Positions 37,697 to 46,793 of a stretch of DNA of 64,000 bases are shown in pieces (position 1 is the stretch's first letter; the number at the start of each line of letters is the position of its first letter). A program made the translations under genes and the position numbers. A model generated the notes under the pieces. The model ran no database searches, had not been told where the DNA came from, and saw only the letters and a list, made by a program, of their open reading frames with translations. The stretch comes from an uncultured Clostridia bacterium (GTDB taxonomy: Bacteria > Bacillota > Clostridia > Oscillospirales > Acutalibacteraceae), in assembly GCA_937898195.1 (NCBI GenBank), contig CALEJD010000040.1:24052-88051 (forward strand). The letters are read 5' to 3'.

Positions 37697-37991
37697 CGTT
37701 CATATACTCTCCTATCTCATATTTTTTCTTTTTACTATATAGATTTCTAATAATTTTACTTACTTCATCTTTTGTAATGTATTTTGGGCAATCGTATGGT
37801 TCTGGTTTGTCCCACTCGTTATAGTATGTTATATTGCACGGGCACTCATATAGACCCGTTGCTTCTTCACAATACACAATCGTTGCCCCATGCTCATGGT
37901 CTTCACCATAGAAATAACAATCTGTATGCGCTACGCTTTTCATCCATTCTTCCCTTCGTATTCGTCCCACCACATACCGCACTTGGTGCAA
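37686..37991 (-). CDS. Cys/His-rich hypothetical protein
   Basis: Lies within the operon. Confidence 0.55.
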   Translation of the reverse strand: MHQVRYVVGRIRREEWMKSVAHTDCYFYGEDHEHGATIVYCEEATGLYECPCNITYYNEWDKPEPYDCPKYITKDEVSKIIRNLYSKKKKYEIGEYMNDER

Positions 37992-38093
37992 ATCTTATTT
38001 GGCTCTGCTCTACATTCATCTTCAGCGTCACCAAATTTAATTTCTTCCACTTCTTCCCATTCGTGGTCGCAGAACCTCGATTTAATCAGATAC

Positions 38094-38399
38094 TTAATCC
38101 TTCTTAACTTGCTCATCTTTATTTCTCATTTTTGTGCAATTAGTGTAATCCAAATAATACACCAAGCAAGATTTACATGGCTCATCATATATGAACGTAT
38201 TAACATCCTTACACGAATCACACACCCTACTATGCATTATCTCTTGTTTTGTATACACTTCACGAAGCGGGCAGTCCTTATATCTCATGTTTGGATTCCC
38301 GGAAAAATCTCTCCATAGAATAGGACATCTTTTTCTGTCTATACCGAATATGCAATTGCCACAAGTATCTGGCATATCCATATCAATCAGTATCGCCAT
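38094..38399 (-). CDS. Cys-rich small protein (AILIDMDMPDTC...CPLREV), paralog of 25130..25393
   Basis: ATG 38399 after GGTGGTGA; the track starts at GTG 38411. Confidence 0.6.
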   Translation of the reverse strand: MAILIDMDMPDTCGNCIFGIDRKRCPILWRDFSGNPNMRYKDCPLREVYTKQEIMHSRVCDSCKDVNTFIYDEPCKSCLVYYLDYTNCTKMRNKDEQVKKD

Positions 38400-38400
38400 A

Positions 38401-39060
38401 TCACTCACCACCTTTACTTACAACCTCGCCGTCTGCCTTTAACGAAAAGTTTATGAGAGATTCTTTAGTTAGCATCTTCGCTCCGCACCACCAGCAGTAC
38501 GGCACTTCTTGGCTCTTGGAGTGCAAATCGCTATGTCCGCACTCGGAGCAAATGTATCTGTAATTGTCGTTATCGGTATCCTCTTTACGTTGTTCGTCTG
38601 CCAGTATCCACTCACCATGTACTGGCTCTGCGGATGGCGTGGTTTCCGTTTTTGCGTCTCGCAATCCCATTACATAGGCGTCTCGCATATCCGATTCGCC
38701 ATACGCACCTTTTCTTTTCCAAGTTCCTTTTGGCTCTGCGGATGGGAGTGATTTAACCTTATCAGATAGTTCCGTCATAGCAGAATCGGTAAGACCTAAT
38801 CTTCGATAGTTTTCTAATATAACATTTCTCACCGCCTGTCTGCTGATAAGGTCGTCGTCTGTAATAGTTTCTACTGGCGACAATTCATCTACAGCAATAT
38901 ATGCGTCAGACAATCCGCATTGTCGCTCTCTTGAAAACGATATGAAGTTGTCAGTATATTCGTCTGGGTGCTTCGTTGCGTTGTTTATTTCTCTTTCAAT
39001 AAATTCCGATTCTTTATCAATAGCATCTAATGCCGACTGCTTGGTAATCAGTTCAACCAT
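38401..39060 (-). CDS. Zn-ribbon family protein (LISRQAV, two LPSAEP-x-G-x-W modules, CSECG...CWWCGAKM)
   Basis: Family motifs. Confidence 0.65.
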   Translation of the reverse strand: MVELITKQSALDAIDKESEFIEREINNATKHPDEYTDNFISFSRERQCGLSDAYIAVDELSPVETITDDDLISRQAVRNVILENYRRLGLTDSAMTELSDKVKSLPSAEPKGTWKRKGAYGESDMRDAYVMGLRDAKTETTPSAEPVHGEWILADEQRKEDTDNDNYRYICSECGHSDLHSKSQEVPYCWWCGAKMLTKESLINFSLKADGEVVSKGGE

Positions 39061-39202
39061 TATCGCTCACCTCGTCATATCCTTCCCAATAATCTTTTTC
39101 TCCGCTATACGCTCTGCAACACTCCCAGCACACGCCTTTAATGATGCCATGGTTGTGCTTGCAGTTGTCGCAAGATTTGTTGTTGTTTATTTCGTTATTC
39201 AT
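39053..39202 (-). CDS. 49-aa Cys-rich protein (CDNC...CWECC)
   Basis: SD AGGTGA 4 nt upstream; stop overlaps the next start (ATGGTTGA). Confidence 0.5.
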   Translation of the reverse strand: MNNEINNNKSCDNCKHNHGIIKGVCWECCRAYSGEKDYWEGYDEVSDNG

Positions 39203-39206
39203 GTTA

Positions 39207-39293
39207 TCACCTATGGTTCCAACTATCATCTACTTCAAAGTTCCAGACAAAGAATGCTACAAACGCTACTCCAATTCCTATCAAAATCATCAT
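39207..39293 (-). CDS. 28-aa hydrophobic micro-protein
   Basis: SD GGAGGTG 6 nt upstream; first ORF after the promoter at 39328..39356. Confidence 0.35.
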   Translation of the reverse strand: MMILIGIGVAFVAFFVWNFEVDDSWNHR

Positions 39294-39327
39294 GTTTAAC
39301 ACCTCCACCCTTTCTTTTGTTGTATAT

Positions 39328-39356
39328 ATTATACCACACTTTTGTGATGGTGTCAA
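39328..39356 (-). promoter_or_regulatory. consensus promoter (leftward)
   Basis: TTGACA-17 nt-TATAAT with TGG. Confidence 0.7.
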
Positions 39357-39364
39357 CATTTTTT

Positions 39365-39616
39365 TTATTTTGATTTACTCACCCACTCACCAATTTTACA
39401 ATGTATAAAATCTTCTGTAGTAAATTCTGTTTTATTGTCTTTCTTTTGCGGCTGTTCAACTTGCATGCCACTAATCAATCCAAGAATACACGCTCCAATA
39501 AATACCGCAATCCATATAATTGCCCCACTTCCAAAAAGCAAAAGTAAAATAAAGATTGTGCCAAAAAAGAATAGTCCTAATAAAATCCATCCTACCCAAT
39601 TTATTCCACTATACAT
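39365..39616 (-). CDS. membrane protein (two TM segments)
   Basis: Hydrophobic N-terminal 50 aa. Confidence 0.6.
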   Translation of the reverse strand: MYSGINWVGWILLGLFFFGTIFILLLLFGSGAIIWIAVFIGACILGLISGMQVEQPQKKDNKTEFTTEDFIHCKIGEWVSKSK

Positions 39617-40694
39617 TTATCGCAATCCTTTCTTTGTACAACTTCTCGTACACTTCTCTCCCACGGTCTGTCGGAGATTCCTTATGTCCCAACGAATCAT
39701 CCGTGTCATATAGAACGCTACATTTTGCATAGCCTTTAAAAAGCCTTGCGATTCTTTTGACGTTCTGTATATATGCTTGATGCTCCTTACTATCTCTTTT
39801 TTCATAATCTTTATCTATTCCTATAATTACTTCCGAGACACCCATTTTGAGAATCATATCTCTGCGTTGCTTGCCCAGATTCATGCCAAACATTCCAACC
39901 CCTGTGTTTTGTGGATATATGCTGTCAAGTTGAAGTACCGCTTTTGGCGATTCAAACAGTTGAATTTGTTTAGTGTAGCGGATATACGGTTCATTCATGT
40001 TCAGTCCGTATAATACTTCATGGCTTTTGAATCTGTAATCCAATCCGCTTACCGTGTGTAACGGGATGTATTTCTTACCCTTGCTTAATTCATGCTGACT
40101 TAAATTCCTACAATGTATACCAATTAGTTCTCCATCCAAATCATAAACAGGAATTGTGATTTGGTTTTTCGCTGGGTAAAATCCAATGCCAAATTTTTCC
40201 ATAGTGTCTTCCGATATACCATCAGATAAAAACGCCCGATGGTGGTATGGCTTCAAAAAACGTAGGATGTCCTTGGGGTATCTTTTACCAAGATATGTTG
40301 ACTTTTTTTCTACTTGGTAGACAGATAAGCGTTCTTTCCATGGTGGTAGGGTAAATCCTTGACCTATACCTTCTCTGCCAGTTTTAATGCCGCTTACCTT
40401 GCATATATAGTTAAGTATATCTTGGAATCGAAATCGCTTCCCCTCTAATTTCCATCGGTCAGAAATTAGGTCAATGATGTCCCTTGACTTATTACATTCG
40501 GTAAAACAAAATGTAGTGCGTGTGTTTAGATAGAAATAAAGTTTATATGACGCATCCGCTGGGTCAAGGTTGTGGCATATGGTTGGAAGTTGCCAATATT
40601 CACTCGATTTTTTTATTTCTTCCACGCCAAGTGAATGAAATATGGCTTCGTAATTTTCTAATGTCAGTTGTGATAAAATTTCCTTTGCGTTCAT
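39609..40694 (-). CDS. dnaG: DnaG-like DNA primase (degenerate CHC2 Zn finger plus TOPRIM)
   Basis: ICHNLDP...FCFTECNKSRDIIDL; TOPRIM-like EVIIGIDKD. Confidence 0.7.
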   Translation of the reverse strand: MNAKEILSQLTLENYEAIFHSLGVEEIKKSSEYWQLPTICHNLDPADASYKLYFYLNTRTTFCFTECNKSRDIIDLISDRWKLEGKRFRFQDILNYICKVSGIKTGREGIGQGFTLPPWKERLSVYQVEKKSTYLGKRYPKDILRFLKPYHHRAFLSDGISEDTMEKFGIGFYPAKNQITIPVYDLDGELIGIHCRNLSQHELSKGKKYIPLHTVSGLDYRFKSHEVLYGLNMNEPYIRYTKQIQLFESPKAVLQLDSIYPQNTGVGMFGMNLGKQRRDMILKMGVSEVIIGIDKDYEKRDSKEHQAYIQNVKRIARLFKGYAKCSVLYDTDDSLGHKESPTDRGREVYEKLYKERIAINV

Positions 40695-40792
40695 TACTTA
40701 AATCTTCTGCCACCACCTACGACTAACCACGATGCGTATAAAATCAGTGCGCATGTTCCGAAAAAGCATATATCAAGAATCGACATCTTCAT
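40694..40792 (-). CDS. 32-aa hydrophobic micro-protein
   Basis: SD GGTGGTGA; stop overlaps the primase ATG. Confidence 0.3.
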   Translation of the reverse strand: MKMSILDICFFGTCALILYASWLVVGGGRRFK

Positions 40793-40931
40793 TCACCACC
40801 TTTGTTCCTGCGTCACACATAGCATCTATAAAATCATTAAACGGATAGATATCATCAAACCCCCTTGAGAGCCAATAGTCATAAAGTTCTATCGTGCTCG
40901 CTTCTACAATAATTCCATTTTCTATTTTCAT
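40773..40931 (-). CDS. 52-aa acidic protein
   Basis: SD GGTGGGGTGA upstream; TAAATG junction with the upstream gene. Confidence 0.5.
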   Translation of the reverse strand: MKIENGIIVEASTIELYDYWLSRGFDDIYPFNDFIDAMCDAGTKVVNEDVDS

Positions 40932-41384
40932 TTATTCACCCCACCATTTATTAACATTATATAAAACTTTATGAGATTTGCCTTCTTGCATACTGTTGTG
41001 GCAGTCCTCAAGGATGTCTGCGAATTCTTCTTGTGTCAACCTTCTGTTACTTCTAACTCCACGCAAGGGATATTTATACCATTCAAGTCTTACACCGCTT
41101 GGTTTATGCCAGAAATGCCACTCGTTTGAGTCATCGTCATCCCAACTATATGGAATGATTTGAAACGTATCGTTCTGAAAGTATTCTCTACCCATGTCTT
41201 TCATATAATAAACCCAAACAATTTGATTCACACGACGCTCCATATGAAATTGAATTGGGTCAATTTCCTTATCGTACAAATTACATTGGTTACAACTGCG
41301 CCTAAATGAGTCCCTACACACCGCCACCTCTTTGCAATTCTTACATCCCATATTTACTCCTTTGGTATATCTTCTTCGCTCCAA
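40932..41384 (-). CDS. hypothetical protein with an N-terminal Cys cluster
   Basis: CKNCKE...CNQC. Confidence 0.6.
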   Translation of the reverse strand: MERRRYTKGVNMGCKNCKEVAVCRDSFRRSCNQCNLYDKEIDPIQFHMERRVNQIVWVYYMKDMGREYFQNDTFQIIPYSWDDDDSNEWHFWHKPSGVRLEWYKYPLRGVRSNRRLTQEEFADILEDCHNSMQEGKSHKVLYNVNKWWGE

Positions 41385-41641
41385 TAATTATTGTAAAATT
41401 CAATCCTTGCTTCCTTTTGTGTCCAATCGCCGTCTGGCTTTTGAATGTCTTTCATTCCTTGGCACACACACTTCATTGGTTGTTGCTCGTTAGCAATTTG
41501 TTCGCACAATCCTGCGAATTGCATGACGAGCATTTCAAAAGCCAATGGCTTAATTGTTTGTGTTTGTATTAATGCGTTGCCTACATATAGTTCTATTTTA
41601 TATGTAGGCAAGTCAATTGTGTTAAAGTTAAATATGTTCAT
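41354..41641 (-). CDS. hypothetical protein
   Basis: Lies within the operon. Confidence 0.55.
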   Translation of the reverse strand: MNIFNFNTIDLPTYKIELYVGNALIQTQTIKPLAFEMLVMQFAGLCEQIANEQQPMKCVCQGMKDIQKPDGDWTQKEARIEFYNNYWSEEDIPKE

Positions 41642-41643
41642 GA

Positions 41644-41982
41644 TTAGATAAACTCAATCTTGTATCCAAGTTCTTCTTCTAACTTTTCTTTGCTGACATA
41701 TCTTTTTGATGCAACATAGTAACAATCTGCTTTGTCCTTTGCGTTTCTCCAATTATATGGGGAATAAAATGCAGGATGCTTCGGGCGATAGACGCACTGG
41801 ATATCTTTATATACATCTTCGAGATAATCAAAACCCTCCTTGTAAATAACAACGAATCCATCTTCGTATGACATAATCATACCATACAAATCGTATTCGT
41901 TATTATACTTATCAAACAAAATTATGATGTCTCCAGTTTTGGGCTTCACTTCCAATACCCATTTAGTATAATTATTTTCCAT
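41644..41982 (-). CDS. hypothetical protein
   Basis: First gene after the promoter at 42027..42055. Confidence 0.6.
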   Translation of the reverse strand: MENNYTKWVLEVKPKTGDIIILFDKYNNEYDLYGMIMSYEDGFVVIYKEGFDYLEDVYKDIQCVYRPKHPAFYSPYNWRNAKDKADCYYVASKRYVSKEKLEEELGYKIEFI

Positions 41983-42026
41983 CTTTGCTCTCCTTTTATA
42001 ATAAAATAACCCTTACCTATGGTTAT

Positions 42027-42055
42027 ATTATACCACTTGGCAAGGGAAAAGTCAA
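42027..42055 (-). promoter_or_regulatory. consensus promoter (leftward)
   Basis: TTGACT-17 nt-TATAAT with TGG. Confidence 0.65.
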
Positions 42056-42059
42056 TAAC

Positions 42060-43550
42060 TTATTGATGGTAGATGTGCAATTTTTCTATTGTTTCCAACG
42101 GCTCCAACGCTTTTGTCGTTGCGTATAGGTCTTGCACTCTGCCAGTTCCAAGGTCAACATATTGATATACACGAATATATTTTGGAAACCTTGATGCTCT
42201 ACCTTTGATGTTATGGGTAATCATGTTTGGTTTAGGAAGGTCTGGATACATGGCTATGTATGGTTCAATCTCTGACATTTGCTTTTCTGATAATGGTGTG
42301 ATTATCATAGAGCAATCAGCCTTGCGTACTTGCGACTTACCACCAGCCAAACACGCTTCTGTAGGATATGGCATTTCTAATTCTCTACCATTTAGTTGCG
42401 TTCCAGTAAGAATAGGTATGTTGTGCTTTCTTGACATTTGCTTTAGTCTGTCTGTCAATGTAAGCAACACCATATCTTCACGCATTGGAATTCCAGACTC
42501 TTGCGCTAATTCGTTCGCAACATATCCTTGATTTTGTACATAATCAAATACTACCAGTTTTACGTTCTTATTTATAATGTAGTCTTCAATAATCTCTTCC
42601 AAATTTTTCGCTGTGAATTCCGGGTCATCAACAACATAAATCCCGCTTTGTTCAAGTATCTGTCTGGCTTTGTCTACACGCTCTTCTTCGTCGTGGATGT
42701 AAAGCCCATCCATAATTTTGTTCCTTGACACCCCAGAAATCCAAGCAATAAACATTACATCAAGTTCTTCCCTTAAATCCATTTCTGTGTTGATGAACAA
42801 CACATTCCCAATATAGGATTTATTTGTCCTATATTTTTTCTTTTCAAGGTCGTAGTAATATTTAATTCCACTCATACAAGCATCGCCAATAGATGTGACG
42901 GTTTTGCCGCTTCCACTTGCGCCAGACCGTAGTGTAAGTCCCATAATGCCACGATATATGTCGTTCAAGTATGGAGACTGGAACGATAATCCAAGTCTTG
43001 GAGTTTCTTTAAACACTTCCTTCGTATGTTCAAAATCACTACCAGCCTTATAGTGCTCTACGTTTTCTGTGGATATATAATTTTGTTTTATATTTAGACG
43101 CTTTTGTTCAAAGTGTTTGTCAATATCACGAAGAGAAATTGAATTTAATTTATTTCGTTGTGAGACTTCATCTTTCGCTTCGTCATACAATTCTTTAATA
43201 TCAAATCCAACCGCCTTATATTCACGAAGCATAGCGAACTTACGAACTACGTCATAATGCACAGCGATATTTTTCTCACTCGCAATTTGCTTTATCTCTG
43301 GTATAAATGACATAAAATCATATTGGTTGCAGAGATTATATTGCTCTGGGTAGTTGCGCAGAAAAGTATCAACAACAACATTGTCAATTTCTTCCGCACC
43401 AGACGCAACAAGATTATACATTGTTCGATACAAGATGTGGTGAAATTTAGATTCATCACATCCTTTGCAACGAAAATCATTCTCACCAATGCGATATTTG
43501 TTGCTCAATATTAAGTTGGGTTTGTTAGCGAAGCACCCAAGAAGTAGCAT
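42060..43550 (-). CDS. dnaB: DnaB-like replicative DNA helicase
   Basis: Walker A RSGASGSGKT and Walker B LVVFDYVQ; RecA-like C-domain. ATG 43550 lacks an SD, but an in-frame ATT 24 nt upstream follows GGAAGGT. Confidence 0.8.
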   Translation of the reverse strand: MLLLGCFANKPNLILSNKYRIGENDFRCKGCDESKFHHILYRTMYNLVASGAEEIDNVVVDTFLRNYPEQYNLCNQYDFMSFIPEIKQIASEKNIAVHYDVVRKFAMLREYKAVGFDIKELYDEAKDEVSQRNKLNSISLRDIDKHFEQKRLNIKQNYISTENVEHYKAGSDFEHTKEVFKETPRLGLSFQSPYLNDIYRGIMGLTLRSGASGSGKTVTSIGDACMSGIKYYYDLEKKKYRTNKSYIGNVLFINTEMDLREELDVMFIAWISGVSRNKIMDGLYIHDEEERVDKARQILEQSGIYVVDDPEFTAKNLEEIIEDYIINKNVKLVVFDYVQNQGYVANELAQESGIPMREDMVLLTLTDRLKQMSRKHNIPILTGTQLNGRELEMPYPTEACLAGGKSQVRKADCSMIITPLSEKQMSEIEPYIAMYPDLPKPNMITHNIKGRASRFPKYIRVYQYVDLGTGRVQDLYATTKALEPLETIEKLHIYHQ

Positions 43551-43653
43551 CGCATCATCTATACTGTACAGAATTTTATTTACCTTCCTTTGTTATACCC
43601 TTTAGGGTGCAATTTACTATCTGATATACGACTTTGTACCCTATTGGGTATAA

Positions 43654-43791
43654 TTATGGCAATCGTGGTGAGATAATAGAGTAGCACATGATTTTAGCCA
43701 TAAATATAAGGATTGGCTTTAGTTCTTTGACCGAAGACGCTTGATTAATCTTTGCCACAAGTTTATCACACACATCTTTGTTTCTAACCAT
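43654..43791 (-). CDS. 45-aa hypothetical protein
   Basis: SD AAGGAGA 5 nt upstream; start overlaps the upstream stop. Confidence 0.4.
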   Translation of the reverse strand: MVRNKDVCDKLVAKINQASSVKELKPILIFMAKIMCYSIISPRLP

Positions 43792-43909
43792 CACGTCTCC
43801 TTGCGCTTTTGCTTTTACGCTTTCCTTCTTCTATCTTTAACTTATATTCCAGTTTAGATAGTCTACTTCTGCGCTCTGAAAATTCTGTCTTACCCTTTTT
43901 CTTTGCCAT
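43784..43909 (-). CDS. 41-aa highly basic protein (MAKKKGK...KSARRRDG)
   Basis: ATG 43909 after AAGGAA, directly after the upstream stop. Confidence 0.5.
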   Translation of the reverse strand: MAKKKGKTEFSERRSRLSKLEYKLKIEEGKRKSKSARRRDG

Positions 43910-43910
43910 G

Positions 43911-44108
43911 CTAATTCCTTTCGTAATATAATATAAGGAAAAATCCAAGAATAACCCCAATTCCAACCTCAATCCAAATTGGTGCAAGAACCCACACCCA
44001 TGACCAAGATATCACGTTGCATAATTTGAGTACGATAAACATGATGCCGAGCATGCCGCCAAAACTAACGCCACCACCTGTACTGATTTTTTTATCTATA
44101 TCTCTCAT
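43911..44108 (-). CDS. small membrane protein (two TM segments)
   Basis: Hydrophobic; W-rich. Confidence 0.6.
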   Translation of the reverse strand: MRDIDKKISTGGGVSFGGMLGIMFIVLKLCNVISWSWVWVLAPIWIEVGIGVILGFFLILYYERN

Positions 44109-44578
44109 TCTAAACTCAACGCCTTTCCACGCACAGGTTTGCTCCTTGCTATAACCTTGCGTTCATTACTGTTCAATTCCTTCTTCTTTAGTTCTTCTTG
44201 AAGTTTATGTTGTTGTTCGTATAATTGCTTTAGTTCTTCATAGGCTTGTGGTAAGAACTGTCCCATACCATATTCATTATACCACCTTTTTTCGAGTGTG
44301 TCAATATGATACTTTGCCGCCATCAACATCCCCTTATACTTCATGCCTTGCTTATGATATTTTTCCGCTTGATTCAGTAATTGAAAATACAAGGTTGAGT
44401 TACGATACTCTTTGTCGTATAGATGCCATACATAATCAATAAACCTGTCACGTTGTCCTTCTTCTGTCTGTAGCCATTGCTTTAGGCATTCCGGGCAGAA
44501 CCATCTATTGATATACTCTATCATATTTTCTTTATCGTGTACTTCCTTGCACACATAACAAGTTCTTATTTCTGCCAT
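44105..44578 (-). CDS. hypothetical protein with an N-terminal Zn ribbon
   Basis: CYVC...CPEC. Confidence 0.6.
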   Translation of the reverse strand: MAEIRTCYVCKEVHDKENMIEYINRWFCPECLKQWLQTEEGQRDRFIDYVWHLYDKEYRNSTLYFQLLNQAEKYHKQGMKYKGMLMAAKYHIDTLEKRWYNEYGMGQFLPQAYEELKQLYEQQHKLQEELKKKELNSNERKVIARSKPVRGKALSLE

Positions 44579-44580
44579 TT

Positions 44581-45255
44581 CTATTTACTCATTGACTCCA
44601 AATAAATATCGTGCTCAAGTTTTGCTTGGTCTATTACGTTAGGAGATATCTGCTCGCTTGCCTTATATATATTAACCACTCCAATAGGTGGCATATCTTC
44701 ATTGTATGGACTGATATCCATATCAACACACACAGTCTTATTGATTAACTCGCTATAATCTCCATCGCACTTCACATGAATAATGTTGTGATAATATGGG
44801 TTGATAATCAATATTCTATCCACATCGTCATACTTGTCCAAATACACTCCAACTATATGTGCTAAAAAAGACGGATGAAACGCAGACGCAGATATATAAT
44901 CAGCCCGGATGCTGTTCGGACTTATAATACCACCATGCATATAGATTCTACTTGCCTTATTAGAATAGGAAGTATCAACTACTTCTCCGTCTTCTGATTC
45001 GGTTTTGATTTCTGATTCAAGCGCATTGAGTTCCTTTGCTACCGAAGTAAACATGCTTGAGCCATTACTTACTCTACCGTAAAAAGATATGTAAGAATCG
45101 TTCACATCAACTACACCTTTGTATGTTAATGTGATATCATTATCGGATGTGCGTCTGACATCTATGTTGAGTTCAGACAGCACACCCTTTAATATTACTT
45201 CGTTCTTACATAATTTGATAGCGTCTTCTATGGTACTAATCATTAGAACGGACAA
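44581..45255 (-). CDS. hypothetical protein
   Basis: Lies within the operon. Confidence 0.6.
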   Translation of the reverse strand: MSVLMISTIEDAIKLCKNEVILKGVLSELNIDVRRTSDNDITLTYKGVVDVNDSYISFYGRVSNGSSMFTSVAKELNALESEIKTESEDGEVVDTSYSNKASRIYMHGGIISPNSIRADYISASAFHPSFLAHIVGVYLDKYDDVDRILIINPYYHNIIHVKCDGDYSELINKTVCVDMDISPYNEDMPPIGVVNIYKASEQISPNVIDQAKLEHDIYLESMSK

Positions 45256-45857
45256 TCATCAGCATCAACTTCTTCAAAGCCAACAGGCAGGTCATCAGTG
45301 GGGGGTGTCTCAACAGGCTTGGCTCCGTTGTTGGCAAACGGATTTGCAGACCTATCGACAGTGGATTCTTGCTCAAGTTTCTTGAATTCGGGCACATCGA
45401 AATCGCCATCCTTAATAGTCTGCACACTCCTGCGTTCAGCCACATAAGTTCTCACCTTGACCTTCGGTGCACCGTTCTTATCCTGCCCCATGTACTGCTC
45501 TTCGCCAATAACGAACCCAATGTTCAACCCAACAAACTTCTGCTCGTCATTGTCCCACTTGTATCCATTGTTTGACTCTTCCAGTGCTGTAACAAATCCC
45601 TTAAAGAACGGAAGAGACTGCTCCTTATAGGACACTACGGTGGAAGGATAGTTGAAGTCACGCTCCTTCTTGCGCTTCTCATACATACCAACAAACTCTT
45701 GCTGGTCTGGTGTAACGGCTTCTGCGATATCATACCCAACACGCAGATATTCCTTTTCTGGAACGTCTTCTACGCTCTTAATCACACAAATAAACCCGCC
45801 TACTGGATTTCTAAACTTGGTAAATTCCTGTACATTATCGAGATTAATTTTCTTCAT
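45243..45857 (-). CDS. DUF669-like putative ssDNA-binding protein with an SSB-type acidic tail
   Basis: Ends EEVDADDCPF (compare the bacterial SSB tip DDDIPF); adjacent to a Sak4-like ATPase. Confidence 0.55.
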   Translation of the reverse strand: MKKINLDNVQEFTKFRNPVGGFICVIKSVEDVPEKEYLRVGYDIAEAVTPDQQEFVGMYEKRKKERDFNYPSTVVSYKEQSLPFFKGFVTALEESNNGYKWDNDEQKFVGLNIGFVIGEEQYMGQDKNGAPKVKVRTYVAERRSVQTIKDGDFDVPEFKKLEQESTVDRSANPFANNGAKPVETPPTDDLPVGFEEVDADDCPF

Positions 45858-45875
45858 GGTTTAATTTCTCCTTTA

Positions 45876-46532
45876 TTATTCTGCTTTCTTGGTTGTTTTG
45901 GATTTCTTTACCGTCAGTGGCGGCATTTCATAATAATCTCTAATAGTAGCGTCCACCGCTTTCAAATCGTTATCAATCATTTCTGACTCAAACATACCCA
46001 TAGGAGACTTTGCCGTGGACACATTGTCGTCTCTTGTGATAAACTTATATCCTTCTTCGGTCTGCATTGCACGAAGAACAATAGTAAATAGTCCTTCCAG
46101 TTTCAATTGCTGGTCAATCATTTTACCAATTGTCTTTGCCTTAACCTTGTGCATTTCCGCATCATCTTCTGTGTGCATGGTAATATAAACAATTACATCG
46201 TCTGGCACCGACTTGGTAATGAAGCCCAACATGTCCACGAACTTCTTCGCCATTTCGGTAAACTTCTGAAAACCAGTCTCATTTGCTCTTGAAAATGATT
46301 CAAACACCATGAGATAGCCAGCATCGTCAATGACATACGCCTTCTTGGTAGGGTTAGCAAGATGTTTGGCAATATCTTCATAAGTTGCGTTATGAATAAT
46401 AGGCAACTTGCCTTTGAAGGGCAGGTCTTTATTCGTCACGTTAAACACGCTGACTTCTTCTGGCTTGAAGTTTCGCAGTGAAGCCGATTTACCACTTCCA
46501 CTTTCTCCAATAATCAATACACATTTAGCCAA
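45876..46532 (-). CDS. Sak4-like / AAA_24 RecA-core ATPase (recombination)
   Basis: Walker A IIGESGSGKS near the N-terminus; about 218 aa; Walker B-like AYVIDDAG. Confidence 0.6.
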   Translation of the reverse strand: MAKCVLIIGESGSGKSASLRNFKPEEVSVFNVTNKDLPFKGKLPIIHNATYEDIAKHLANPTKKAYVIDDAGYLMVFESFSRANETGFQKFTEMAKKFVDMLGFITKSVPDDVIVYITMHTEDDAEMHKVKAKTIGKMIDQQLKLEGLFTIVLRAMQTEEGYKFITRDDNVSTAKSPMGMFESEMIDNDLKAVDATIRDYYEMPPLTVKKSKTTKKAE

Positions 46533-46538
46533 TTCTTA

Positions 46539-46793
46539 TCACTCCTTTTCTTCTAAATAACCGTTTAAGATATCTTCTCGCATTACAAAATCATTGGCTG
46601 TAATGGTCACGCTCGTATGTGGCGTTCCATTTTCTGAAATGAAATCTGACACATCTTGACACATAGATTTTAATCTATGATATTTAATCATATCAATATG
46701 TCCAAGATTCTTTTCTTCTCTCTCTTCTATGTTAGGAAACAACACGCAATCATTCCTCCTTTTTAAAATATTTCCCATAAATCTCTCTTGCAA
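46539..46793 (-). CDS. hypothetical protein (start uncertain; GTG 46745 follows AAGGAGGA)
   Basis: Lies within the operon. Confidence 0.5.
   Translation of the reverse strand: MQERFMGNILKRRNDCVLFPNIEEREEKNLGHIDMIKYHRLKSMCQDVSDFISENGTPHTSVTITANDFVMREDILNGYLEEKE

Noticed and set aside
43911-44108. Holin / lysis cassette
   Set aside because: It is a two-TM small protein, but it is embedded in the replication operon with no endolysin nearby. The lysis genes probably lie outside the window.
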